A stretch of 64,000 bases of DNA, from positions 32,001 through 96,000 of the IMG/VR virus record IMGVR_UViG_3300001525_000092. One strand, written 5' to 3'. Below, piece by piece: positions 20,983 to 30,557 of the stretch. The notes beneath the pieces were generated by a model that saw nothing but the letters and a program-made list of their open reading frames with translations, did no database searches and was not told the DNA's origin. The stretch's first letter is position 1; each line of letters starts with the position of its first letter. Source of the DNA: a virus (lineage: Duplodnaviria; Caudoviricetes). Both the position numbers and the translations under genes were made by a program.

Positions 20983-21580
20983 GAGACAGTTGACAGAAGT
21001 GCAAGGATCACCATACAACCAAGCAGCAGAGATGATGATCCTTCACTACATGGCTATAGGATACAAGTTCAAGATGAACAGAAATCAGATGCTTGATGAC
21101 TACATTGCTAGTCCTAAAGTATTGTTCACAAGTGTAGTACCACAATATCAGTCACCTTATGACGAAGAGGTAATAGAGCTTGCTATGTCACTTGGGTGGA
21201 AGTTTGTATGTTGTGGAAGACTATATACTGAGCTAGAGCAATTTAGCTATGACAGAAAGAGAACTAATTGGGGTTTGTGTTGGAAATGGGACATTGTATG
21301 GCCTCTTGGTATCAAAGACATGATTGTATCTAACAAAGAGAATAATGCCAAGACTGCATTCATCGGATATCGTATGGATGAAGTGATAGACATGAATGTT
21401 GCTGACTATAGCGGCACTTGCATAGATGCTTCTGAGTTCACTAAGCAGTTCTGTGACTATGTGTCAGACAGGTCATTCAACAACTTTGCATTCAGTGAGT
21501 TGTTGCTAGCTATAGTAGAGAAAGATGTGAAAGTCTTCATTGAAGAAAATGTTGAGAAATATTTTGAAAAAATTTCTTAG
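20966..21580 (+). CDS. Hypothetical protein
   Basis: 204-aa ORF overlapping the kinase stop codon. Confidence 0.6.
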   Translation: MITQFERQLTEVQGSPYNQAAEMMILHYMAIGYKFKMNRNQMLDDYIASPKVLFTSVVPQYQSPYDEEVIELAMSLGWKFVCCGRLYTELEQFSYDRKRTNWGLCWKWDIVWPLGIKDMIVSNKENNAKTAFIGYRMDEVIDMNVADYSGTCIDASEFTKQFCDYVSDRSFNNFAFSELLLAIVEKDVKVFIEENVEKYFEKIS

Positions 21581-21601
21581 TGTTCTATATTATAATTGTT
21601 A

Positions 21602-21778
21602 ATGACACTTAAGAATACAAGAATCAAGTGCAAGATACAGATGAGAGAAGATAGTCATATTGATGACATAGTCAATGTTTGGTTCACATTTGACAATCTT
21701 CCATCACTTGTCTTTAGCATGAATTGGTACTCTTATAAAGAGAATATTGAGAACTGGCTATATACCCAGCCTCATTAA
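21602..21778 (+). CDS. Small hypothetical protein
   Basis: Follows the promoter at 21563-21591. Confidence 0.45.
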   Translation: MTLKNTRIKCKIQMREDSHIDDIVNVWFTFDNLPSLVFSMNWYSYKENIENWLYTQPH

Positions 21779-21816
21779 TTAAATAATGTTAAATTAAAAG
21801 TAAATTTAAGAGAAAG

Positions 21817-22899
21817 ATGAAAAAGTTTATTTTAAGCATCTTGATGGCTTTTGTAGCCGTCTTTAGTGTGAATGCACAGAATCAGAGTAACTATAGCAGT
21901 AGTTCTAAGCTTACTGACAATGTGAGTGTGACCGTTCAAGGTGGTGTTCTGACATCATTTGACAACTTCTACTCTGGTCATACTGCTATGGCTCCTATTG
22001 CATTGGTAGGAATTGACAAGTATGTCACTCCGGTGTTTGGAATTGGTATCGAAGGTCGTACATTGATTGGTACTGGACATGGTTCATACAACACTTATAC
22101 CGCATTTGACTATGTGAATGTGTCAGGTTACTTGAAAGGTAACTTGGGTAATGCATTCAATTATGTAGGTGCACGACATGCTTTTGAGCCAGTAGTATAC
22201 ACAGGTATTGGATGGGGTCATGGAACCGCTTATATGCATCCTAACTGGATGACTTACCGTGCCGGTATGGAGCTTAATTACAACTTCGGAAATGCAAAGA
22301 ATTGGGCAGTAGTTGTGAATCCATCAGTTGTATGGAATGACATTGACAATGGCAAGCTTATCAAGAAGAATGGTAGCTTTGAGGTCACAGCAGGTGTAGT
22401 ATATCACTTCAATACATCTAATGGCACTAGTGCATTCAAGAAGGCTAAGCTTTATGACCAGAATGAGATTGATGAGCTCAATGGAAAGATCAATGGATTG
22501 CAGAAGGACTTAGACAATGCTAATGCTACTATCGAGTTGCTGAAGAGCAAGCCTGTTCCACAGACAAACACTGTAGAGACAGTGAAGACAGTTTATCCTA
22601 AGGTACAGTTCAAGCAAGGTTCTGCTAAGATCACTGAGACATCTATGGCTAACATCTATGACATTGCAGATGCATTGAAAGATGTAGATGGCACTATCAA
22701 AGTGACCGGCTATGCTTCAACTGAAGGTAGCACTTCATACAACAAGACATTGTCACTGAAGCGTGCAGAAGCAGTGAAGAATGCACTCGTCAAGGCCGGA
22801 GTTGATGCTTCAAAGATTGAAGTAATTGGTCTTGGTGCTACTGACAAGTTCAATCCTGATGATCTAAGCACTAATCGAGTTGTTACTACAGAGAAGTAA
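21817..22899 (+). CDS. ompA: OmpA-family outer membrane protein (Bacteroidales type)
   Basis: Signal peptide, beta-barrel region, coiled linker; VQFKQGSAKI, VTGYASTEG..YNKTLSLKRAEAV and NRVV. Confidence 0.9.
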   Translation: MKKFILSILMAFVAVFSVNAQNQSNYSSSSKLTDNVSVTVQGGVLTSFDNFYSGHTAMAPIALVGIDKYVTPVFGIGIEGRTLIGTGHGSYNTYTAFDYVNVSGYLKGNLGNAFNYVGARHAFEPVVYTGIGWGHGTAYMHPNWMTYRAGMELNYNFGNAKNWAVVVNPSVVWNDIDNGKLIKKNGSFEVTAGVVYHFNTSNGTSAFKKAKLYDQNEIDELNGKINGLQKDLDNANATIELLKSKPVPQTNTVETVKTVYPKVQFKQGSAKITETSMANIYDIADALKDVDGTIKVTGYASTEGSTSYNKTLSLKRAEAVKNALVKAGVDASKIEVIGLGATDKFNPDDLSTNRVVTTEK

Positions 22900-22928
22900 C
22901 ATTAAAACAATTCTCTGAAGATTGCTTA

Positions 22929-22960
22929 AATGGACATTGCTTGTGAAAGTGATGTCCATT
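22929..22960 (+). terminator. Hairpin downstream of ompA
   Basis: AATGGACATTGCTT-GTGA-AAGTGATGTCCATT. Confidence 0.55.
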
Positions 22961-22972
22961 GTTGATTATGAA

Positions 22973-23073
22973 AAGATGACGCTGGCGGCCTTGAAAATGT
23001 TGCCCTAATATAATTTATATCTCGAGTTATTTCGCGGCCGCCAGCGGCGCCCAGCGACTCCTGGCGTCATCTT
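22973..23073 (-). repeat. Dispersed GC-rich element, copy B
   Basis: Reverse complement of copy A; ends AAGATGACGC / GCGTCATCTT are a perfect 10-bp inverted pair. Confidence 0.95.
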
Positions 23074-23123
23074 GTAACATATTATTAGATAGAACATAAA
23101 TATATAACACATAAATTAATAAG

Positions 23124-24638
23124 ATGAAAACAAAATGGGTGTATAGTATGGTGATGCTTGCATTCACTTTATTCTTTAGTTGTTGCTCTACTGACATTGA
23201 GAACAACAACATCATAGTTCCTGGATGGAATGAAACAGAAGTAGTGAAGACAGGATCTAACTTCATACTGAATGTTGGTGAGTCAGACTATGGAAAGACT
23301 GACAACCAGAAATCTAAGTCTATGACTAGAGCAATTGATTCTAAGGTGTCATCAAAAGATGCTATCCAAGTAAGTCTAGCTAACAAGCTGAATGGCATCA
23401 TAGGACTGAACTACTCTAACAACATGTGGGATCAGTACAACTTTGACAGCGGAAGCCAGACTAATGTTAAGGAAATCAATGTTGTTGTTGGATCTAATCG
23501 TGGATATGTCTATGCAACATCTGACTTAGATTGTCCTTATGAGACTACTTGGAAGTCTAGCTACAAGATAGATGAAGCTTCACTCACAATAGACGCAAGC
23601 ATAGAAGATGGATATGCTAAGCCTGTGCCTGTTCAGTTCTGGGGCAATCATGCACTAGCCATCAATGATGCTACTAAGACAACTTACTATGAAGGACAAG
23701 AGACAGATGGATGGAGCATAGGAAGTGTCAAGACTTCTACTAAGACTGTGGCAATATCTAAGAACATACAGTATGCTAACTCTGCTATAAGTGCAACATT
23801 CAACTTAGGAGAAGACAAGATACTAGCATGGTATGATGCTTATGAGCAAGTAGAGAATGGTGTGAAAGGAATCAAAGTGACATCAGACCATAAGAGTGAT
23901 GTTGATGACAATGGCATAGCATTGTATCCTGACAAGACTGACAAGAAGAATGGTCTAGATAGAATAGTGTCTGGTGCCTGGTCAGAACAGAACTGCTACT
24001 ATCACGAGAGACACGGAAAGGCTATCAAGATATTTCAGTCTAACAATGCTCAGACATGGCACTTCATAGGAGACGAGCCAGAAGATGACATCAACTTCAT
24101 CATAGAAGAGCTAAGAATAGAATCAAGCAAGTCTGTGACTTACAATGAAGACTTCAACTATACTTGTTCTGATGAGCAAGTACCTTACAAGTACACATTC
24201 TATGATGGAATGATAGAAGATAGTGAGACTGCTTACATGACTGTGTTGCCTACTAATGAAGCATCAAGCAAAGTAATTATCAAGTGCAAGATCAACAAGT
24301 TCCCTACTTCTTCTACTAAGAAGTTTGATTGGTACATAGAGAAGACAGTGAATAGTGATGAGTATGTTGCAGTGAAAGACAACACTGAGTTCTTCATCAT
24401 TGGAAAGATAAGCCAAGTAGAAGGAAAGACACCTACAGGCACTCCGTACAAAGACACCTGGACTTCTGGCATCTATGTTCCTGATGCTATCACTAAAGTG
24501 AATCTGAACATCAACAATCTATGTGTCAAAGGTGCAGTAGTGACTGATCCAGATGGACAAGTGAACTCTAACACTATATTCAACTTTGACTATGAGTATG
24601 GGGAGATGGAAGGAAGTTGGTCAACAGGTTATTTTTAA
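23124..24638 (+). CDS. Lipoprotein resembling Bacteroidota type V pilin/fimbrillin
   Basis: Lipobox FFSCC, propeptide ending in MTRA, beta-rich body. Confidence 0.5.
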   Translation: MKTKWVYSMVMLAFTLFFSCCSTDIENNNIIVPGWNETEVVKTGSNFILNVGESDYGKTDNQKSKSMTRAIDSKVSSKDAIQVSLANKLNGIIGLNYSNNMWDQYNFDSGSQTNVKEINVVVGSNRGYVYATSDLDCPYETTWKSSYKIDEASLTIDASIEDGYAKPVPVQFWGNHALAINDATKTTYYEGQETDGWSIGSVKTSTKTVAISKNIQYANSAISATFNLGEDKILAWYDAYEQVENGVKGIKVTSDHKSDVDDNGIALYPDKTDKKNGLDRIVSGAWSEQNCYYHERHGKAIKIFQSNNAQTWHFIGDEPEDDINFIIEELRIESSKSVTYNEDFNYTCSDEQVPYKYTFYDGMIEDSETAYMTVLPTNEASSKVIIKCKINKFPTSSTKKFDWYIEKTVNSDEYVAVKDNTEFFIIGKISQVEGKTPTGTPYKDTWTSGIYVPDAITKVNLNINNLCVKGAVVTDPDGQVNSNTIFNFDYEYGEMEGSWSTGYF

Positions 24639-24652
24639 CCAAAACAAAAAAA

Positions 24653-25091
24653 ATGAAATCATTAACAGTTTTTTTTGAATGAGTCAATAATAGATGAATC
24701 AAACTTTTCTTCTAAAGGAATATTCAATTTCAGAATGGAAAGATACAATGATAAGAAATATGTTCCTTTGACACTAGAAGAATTCATCGACAAAGTAAGA
24801 AAAGAGAAAGACATCCAGATAGGATATCAAGTTTCTGATAAGAACAAATATGTTGTACTAAGAGAAACTGGTTCTGGATCAGAAGTGAACTCTAACTGGA
24901 AAGTGACAACACTAGACGACTTTGTGTCTAGTGACATAGCAAAGAAATGTTCTTCTTATAAGATGTATTCTTATACTGGTGGATATGCTTTAGGCATTGT
25001 GTTTGATGCTAGTGTCAATCATGGAAAAGGATTCATAGAATATTCTCCTAGCGATGTAAGAGTAAAAGAAGTAGAAGACTTGAAATTATAA
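24653..25091 (+). pseudogene. Putative internal head protein interrupted by a frameshift in a T8 tract
   Basis: ATG at 24653 reads MKSLTVFFE*; T7 instead of T8 (24669-24676) gives MKSLTVFLNESIIDES, fused to ORF 24675-25091. Confidence 0.65.
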
Positions 25092-25099
25092 AATATAGA

Positions 25100-25131
25100 A
25101 AAAAAGACATGTACTAGTACATGTCTTTTTT
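25100..25131. terminator. Bidirectional terminator, perfect 32-bp palindrome
   Basis: A6-GACATGTACTAGTACATGTC-T6 between convergent genes. Confidence 0.85.
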
Positions 25132-25137
25132 GTATGT

Positions 25138-25605
25138 TTAATATAGTTGTATGTGCTTCTCATATTCGGAATCTTTTCTCATAGTAGACGAGAAGTTGCT
25201 ATATTTGCCAACTGTCTTGATGACAACATTGCATTTCTTAAACTTTGAATCTGACCAAGACACGAATCCAACAACTGTCAGAGGATGCTCTCTGTTCTTT
25301 CTAGCATCTGTTATGACAAAAGTGTACTGCTTCTTGTCTTTGTAGCTTGCAACTTTCAATGCTCCGTCTTTCAACAACTGCTTTATGTCCTTCTTAGCAC
25401 CCATTACAGCATTCACAATCTCATCATTAGTCACCTTTCTCTCAGACTTTCTGTCTTCAACATGGTCACCTATCATGATGCTTATGGGAGTGAACTTGTA
25501 TGATCCGTCCGGCTGTCTGAGTGGCCATATCTTCTTGTTAGCCTCAAGAATCAAGTCTAAGCTAATTCCAAGATTCTCATTGATATATTGTTTAAAGTTT
25601 AGCAT
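25138..25605 (-). CDS. Putative internal head protein with a RelE/BECR-like RNase pattern
   Basis: MLNFKQYINEN N-terminus; GDHVEDRKSERKVT...VVIKTV. Confidence 0.45.
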   Translation of the reverse strand: MLNFKQYINENLGISLDLILEANKKIWPLRQPDGSYKFTPISIMIGDHVEDRKSERKVTNDEIVNAVMGAKKDIKQLLKDGALKVASYKDKKQYTFVITDARKNREHPLTVVGFVSWSDSKFKKCNVVIKTVGKYSNFSSTMRKDSEYEKHIQLY

Positions 25606-25670
25606 GTTTTCTTTGAAATTTTCTTAGTTGTTACTATATTAGATATGTAAAAATAAAACGAATAATAATT

Positions 25671-25952
25671 ATGAAAATGAATACAACAACTATAAAGTCA
25701 CAAGTAGAGAACATTGCAAAGAAGCTCAACATCAAGTTAGTAAACTTGAATGTAGAACTGAATCCTTCTTTTGACTATGGCAAAGACACTACTAATGACA
25801 TCTACTCAGTGAGTGCTAAAGTAGAGAATCCAGAAGCAATCTCTCAAGACAAGATGAAGTCATTCATGTCTACAGTAGAAAGTGAATGCTATGAAGACTG
25901 GAAATATGAGACTTACATTGATATAGAGAACTTTGACATTGAAGAAGACTAA
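25671..25952 (+). CDS. Hypothetical protein
   Basis: Follows the promoter at 25612-25640. Confidence 0.6.
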   Translation: MKMNTTTIKSQVENIAKKLNIKLVNLNVELNPSFDYGKDTTNDIYSVSAKVENPEAISQDKMKSFMSTVESECYEDWKYETYIDIENFDIEED

Positions 25953-25971
25953 TCATAATTATTAATAAGAC

Positions 25972-26244
25972 ATGGCATCAGCAAAAGTAAAGACACTCAC
26001 ACAAGCTATGGTTGAAGTGAAGAAGATAATGGAAAAGTATAGATTTCCTTATCAGAATGTATTTGGTCATTATACTAATGATGACAATTGGGAAATTGAT
26101 GTAGTCTCGGATTGTGAAGATGATGACTTGTATGACAAAGTATATACAAGATGTGGATTCTTGAATGAAGAGAGATGTGAGAGAGACTTGACAGTATTTT
26201 TAGATGACAAATTCAAAGATAGAAGAAAAAATGAACAAGATTAA
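25972..26244 (+). CDS. Hypothetical protein
   Basis: ORF in plus-strand string. Confidence 0.55.
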   Translation: MASAKVKTLTQAMVEVKKIMEKYRFPYQNVFGHYTNDDNWEIDVVSDCEDDDLYDKVYTRCGFLNEERCERDLTVFLDDKFKDRRKNEQD

Positions 26245-26554
26245 GAAGAATTGGAAGACTATATTGATAGTATTGCTATTGTTGTTTAGCTTGAACAAGT
26301 GCACAGTATCTTGCAATCGTGGTTCTAAGCTAACTAAAGCAGAACAAGAGATTGTCTCAAAAGATAGTGCTATCAAAGTGATGAGTGACTCTATAAAGAC
26401 ATTGAATGTCACCATAGCTAACTTGACTGACAAGAATGGAATGCTGAGAGAGTTCAACAAGCAACAGTCTAAGAGTGACTCATTGAACAGAGCAGTGCAA
26501 CAGAAGCAAATGAATCAAGTTAACTCAGTTATCAATCGTCTAAAGAAGAAGTAA
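26231..26554 (+). CDS. Membrane-anchored coiled-coil protein
   Basis: TM segment then heptad repeats. Confidence 0.55.
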   Translation: MNKIKKNWKTILIVLLLLFSLNKCTVSCNRGSKLTKAEQEIVSKDSAIKVMSDSIKTLNVTIANLTDKNGMLREFNKQQSKSDSLNRAVQQKQMNQVNSVINRLKKK

Positions 26555-26558
26555 CTAT

Positions 26559-27269
26559 ATGGCTAAGAAGAAAGTATCAAAGAACAAGTTCATGTCAGAG
26601 TATGAGTATGACTTGATGTGGATGGCAATTCGATATGCAATAGGTCGCAATACTATATCATCAGGACAGTTAATAAAGGAAGTAGCTATCAATGCATACA
26701 GTAGAATGACTCCTGAAGATCAGATTCTAGAAGCCATAGACATCAGAAGAGAGATAGCAAGCAAGTTGATGATATATCCGTTCAACTTTCGTATGCTTAG
26801 CTCTATTGGCACCGATGAGACTGATTATCTTCCATTAGAGAAGTTCATCAGATGGATGGATGACAACAACATCACGCAACCAGAAGACTTGAACATCTGG
26901 CAGACTATTATCTACAAAGGAGAGAATCAGTATGAATCTATACAGAGAGATGTTCCTGCAGAGTATAGCACATCAGACTACAACAACCTAGTTCCATGGG
27001 CTATGCTTGCTAACTTCTTAGACTATAGACAGCATAAGTTTGCTAAAGACAAAGAAGGCAAAGTAGTAGAGTACTTTGAAGCTTATCAGAGAATCTCATA
27101 CAAGAGCTATGCTTACAAGAAAATCAAGATAAGTGTTGAAGCATTTCATAGCAATCCATATACTGTGATTGATTTGAAAGATGTGGATGACATCACTCTT
27201 AAAGAAGCCATCAAGTGGTATGAAGGAAATGAACTAGAGACGCCATTAGCATTGACATTAGAAAAGTAA
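26559..27269 (+). CDS. Hypothetical protein
   Basis: 236-aa ORF. Confidence 0.6.
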   Translation: MAKKKVSKNKFMSEYEYDLMWMAIRYAIGRNTISSGQLIKEVAINAYSRMTPEDQILEAIDIRREIASKLMIYPFNFRMLSSIGTDETDYLPLEKFIRWMDDNNITQPEDLNIWQTIIYKGENQYESIQRDVPAEYSTSDYNNLVPWAMLANFLDYRQHKFAKDKEGKVVEYFEAYQRISYKSYAYKKIKISVEAFHSNPYTVIDLKDVDDITLKEAIKWYEGNELETPLALTLEK

Positions 27270-27282
27270 CAACATAACTAAC

Positions 27283-27657
27283 ATGATAGACAAACTTAAG
27301 AACATCTGGACAAAGATATGCCTTGCCGTTTACATCCTGAAGGCAGACAACAATCTTGTGTTGACAGATAGTGTGTTTCATACATCAGTGAAGAACATTG
27401 ACATTCTTGGAGATCCAAAGACGCAGAACTATGTGTGTCTAGAGAATGCAGAAGGTGGATTTGACATAGCATACATGATTCCATGGAACATGGGTCAGAA
27501 GTGCTTCACCATCACTGTATCAAGGCTTAAAGGTGACAATGCAGGTGCTATAGCAGATGCTACCATAGACATACTGAACAATCATACTATGTCTGGTCTA
27601 GTGTTTGGTGACAGCAAGAATCAACCTAAGCCTACTAACTATATTCCATACAATTGA
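27283..27657 (+). CDS. Hypothetical protein
   Basis: 124-aa ORF. Confidence 0.55.
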   Translation: MIDKLKNIWTKICLAVYILKADNNLVLTDSVFHTSVKNIDILGDPKTQNYVCLENAEGGFDIAYMIPWNMGQKCFTITVSRLKGDNAGAIADATIDILNNHTMSGLVFGDSKNQPKPTNYIPYN

Positions 27658-27664
27658 TACTATT

Positions 27665-28066
27665 ATGAACAACCCAAATGAAGGTTATTACTTAGATGAC
27701 TATGAGTTTGACTTTGTTGACAAAGATGAGAATTGCAAGACCTTGATTATCAATCCACTCAAAGGTGCTAAGATTGTTAACTTGTATCTTGACTATCATA
27801 ATCATCTTCATGCAGTAGTGAAAGAGCAACCTTATCTGCAGTACAATCCAACAACTATCACAGTCAAGTTGCAACATGCACCTGTATGCAAGATGACTTA
27901 CTCGACTAAGCTGAATCCTGACTTTGATATAGACAACATCTTAGTTGTCGGAAAGAATGATGCTGGGTATCCACAGTTCTACATCTACAAAGACATGGAA
28001 TGTGAATATTGGAAGAATGAGGAGATGCTAGAAAAAGGAAAGCAAATTGTTGGAGGCATTTTTTGA
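27665..28066 (+). CDS. Hypothetical protein
   Basis: ATG chosen just after the upstream stop codon. Confidence 0.55.
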   Translation: MNNPNEGYYLDDYEFDFVDKDENCKTLIINPLKGAKIVNLYLDYHNHLHAVVKEQPYLQYNPTTITVKLQHAPVCKMTYSTKLNPDFDIDNILVVGKNDAGYPQFYIYKDMECEYWKNEEMLEKGKQIVGGIF

Positions 28067-28120
28067 AATTTTCAATTTAATTTCTATATTTTAAATGTCA
28101 AACAAATATGATTATAGAAT

Positions 28121-28498
28121 ATGGAAACATTGAAGATGAACATTCGCGGCAAAGAAGAAGAAATCATTCTTCCAGTAAATCGACTTACTGGAACTATGTA
28201 TGTGGGCTCAGATCGTTATTTTGTAGTTTGCAACACTGTTCTTTCTAATAAGAAGTGTGGCATAGTAGTTCTCTATGACATCGATGAGAACAACTACAAG
28301 AACTACATTGAAGTTGGTTCTGATGGTCTTGAGTACTTGAAGGCAGATGCTTACAACAAGATGGTACCTAACAATGAGACTAGATATTACTCACTTCGGA
28401 AGAATGGAGTATGGTATCCAGTCGGACAAGAGATGAGACCTGGATGTTCTGGAGTGAACTTCGGATATGGCAGACCTTATCTAGATCCATCATTCTAG
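28121..28498 (+). CDS. Conserved phage hypothetical protein
   Basis: GSDRY...RKNGVW...YLDPSF pattern; promoter at 28062-28090. Confidence 0.6.
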   Translation: METLKMNIRGKEEEIILPVNRLTGTMYVGSDRYFVVCNTVLSNKKCGIVVLYDIDENNYKNYIEVGSDGLEYLKADAYNKMVPNNETRYYSLRKNGVWYPVGQEMRPGCSGVNFGYGRPYLDPSF

Positions 28499-28564
28499 CA
28501 ATCTTTTTAAACAATAGATAAACAATAATTAGCAAACATAAATAAACTTAAAATAAACAAAATT

Positions 28565-29032
28565 ATGGCAAACTTGATGATTACAGATGTATTTGACATT
28601 TTCAATGATATTTTCAAAGACTTGGTAGTTCCATCATCTAAAAGTGAAAAGGATGAAGTGAATGAAGAGACTTGGCTCAATGGTGTAGACATGGCTAATG
28701 TGTCAAAAGAAGATCTTGACGAAGTAATGAACTCATTGAAGAAGATGAAGGAGAATGATGTTCTTGCATACATTCTTGGAGATGAGTATCTTGACAAGCT
28801 CATGGGAGAGATTCAAGCTAAGTGGGATATTGCCCATGAAGCTCCTAAAGAGAATGCTCCTGAGTTGCCTGTTGATGACAATCCAAAGACAGTAGATGGA
28901 CAGATTGAGAAGCTTGTTGATGAGTACATGAAAGAGCTTGGTGTGTCTGATCAGCTGAAGTCTAACTATCTCATTCAAGCAGCACGTGATTCTTACATCA
29001 ACTTTGCTAAGTTCATTTATAATCATGAGTAG
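28565..29032 (+). CDS. Acidic hypothetical protein
   Basis: 155-aa ORF. Confidence 0.6.
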   Translation: MANLMITDVFDIFNDIFKDLVVPSSKSEKDEVNEETWLNGVDMANVSKEDLDEVMNSLKKMKENDVLAYILGDEYLDKLMGEIQAKWDIAHEAPKENAPELPVDDNPKTVDGQIEKLVDEYMKELGVSDQLKSNYLIQAARDSYINFAKFIYNHE

Positions 29033-29037
29033 TATAT

Positions 29038-29367
29038 ATGCTGAAAGTAGATGAGTTGCAGAAATCATTGCAGGTGGCATTCGAAGAAGTATTGCCATCT
29101 GCATTCAAAGAGGTGATGAAAGCCATATTGCCTGTCAAGTCAGAAGATGGTGATGACAAAGTCAAAGCTGTAGAAGAGATGGTAAAAGACTTGATAAGCA
29201 AAGACTTGTCAACTCGAATAGCGGAAGCGATTGACTACTATATAAAGAATGCCGACATATATGGAAAGATTGTCACTCTCGGAGGTCCTAGTATGCAAAT
29301 GGCATTGATAGAGAGTCCATTACCTTTTACAAATGGAAAAGTACAAAACACACTAGGAATAAAATGA
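29038..29367 (+). CDS. Hypothetical protein
   Basis: 109-aa ORF, ATGA-coupled to the MTase. Confidence 0.55.
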   Translation: MLKVDELQKSLQVAFEEVLPSAFKEVMKAILPVKSEDGDDKVKAVEEMVKDLISKDLSTRIAEAIDYYIKNADIYGKIVTLGGPSMQMALIESPLPFTNGKVQNTLGIK

Positions 29368-30557
29368 GAACAGACATTCAACTTTCTATAGATAGACTAA
29401 ACAATATATTTGAAGATGGAATAGAAAAGTATGTTGATCCTATCACTAACTTGACATATGACTATTATGTTCCTTCTACTAATCTTTACATTGACATGAG
29501 ATATGGGATAGAATGGCAAGGACATTCTTTTGATTCTTATAATCGTATTGATATAGAATTGGCGGAGTGGCTTAAAGAGAAGGGTACGGATAATGCACCA
29601 TATAAATGGGTGACAGAAGGATCTGCTAAAGACAATGTTGCTAAGATGTACAATAGAAGCTACATCATATTCTGGTCTATAGAAGAGTTGAATGCATTCT
29701 TTGACATGTCAATGAAGCTAGAATATAGCAATGATGACATGAGAATAGAGTATGAGAAGATACTTAAGCATGATGGAAAGCTCTCATTGTATAGTGGACA
29801 CAACAAGATAGTGAAGCAATTTCAGCAAGAGAACTTGTACCAACCAGAACAAGCATTGTTTGATGACTATGCTAAGAGATACAAGCTATGTAGGAATCGA
29901 GACAAGTATCTTGGTCTCAAGATATGGGACTTGAATGCTAATGACATGATAAATGGATTCAAGATAGCAGGAATGCATTATGGATTTAGCATGTTCAGTC
30001 CTATGATAGGTAAGTGGTTTGTATGGCATTTCAACTTGCAGGACAGTGTGTGTTATGATCCAACTGGAGGATGGGGTCATCGCTTGCTAGGAATAGCACC
30101 ATTTGTGAAGAAGTACATATACAATGACTTGAGTCCTCATACAGTAGAAAGTTGCAAGAGGATAGCACAATGGGCAAATCTAGACAATGTAGAGTATCAC
30201 AATGAGGATGCAACAACATTCATGCCAGATGCAGACTATGACTTCATGTTCACATGTCCTCCTTATTATGCTGATGACAAGAACACTGAAGAGTATGAGT
30301 GTGATGGATTCACTTCATTGGAACAATTCAATGACTTCTTGCTAGGAATGTATGATAAGTTCTTGAAGAAAGAATCTTGCAAGTACTTTGGATTAGTGAT
30401 ACGAGAGGACATGGTACCAGACATCATGAGAAAGGACATCAAAGAATCATACTGTGTAGCAAGAAACTCTAACTCACACTATGCTAGAACATCTAAGCTT
30501 CAAAGAAAGAAGTTCTTAGAATACTTATACATATTCAAGAAAGATGGAATTAAGTGA
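29364..30557 (+). CDS. DNA amino-methyltransferase (N6A/N4C type) with a degenerate N-terminal nuclease-like domain
   Basis: Motif I CYDPTGGWGHR, motif IV FTCPPYY; N-terminal YDYYVPSTNLYID aligns with the nuclease domain of the KYGVDN paralogs. Confidence 0.75.
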   Translation: MRTDIQLSIDRLNNIFEDGIEKYVDPITNLTYDYYVPSTNLYIDMRYGIEWQGHSFDSYNRIDIELAEWLKEKGTDNAPYKWVTEGSAKDNVAKMYNRSYIIFWSIEELNAFFDMSMKLEYSNDDMRIEYEKILKHDGKLSLYSGHNKIVKQFQQENLYQPEQALFDDYAKRYKLCRNRDKYLGLKIWDLNANDMINGFKIAGMHYGFSMFSPMIGKWFVWHFNLQDSVCYDPTGGWGHRLLGIAPFVKKYIYNDLSPHTVESCKRIAQWANLDNVEYHNEDATTFMPDADYDFMFTCPPYYADDKNTEEYECDGFTSLEQFNDFLLGMYDKFLKKESCKYFGLVIREDMVPDIMRKDIKESYCVARNSNSHYARTSKLQRKKFLEYLYIFKKDGIK

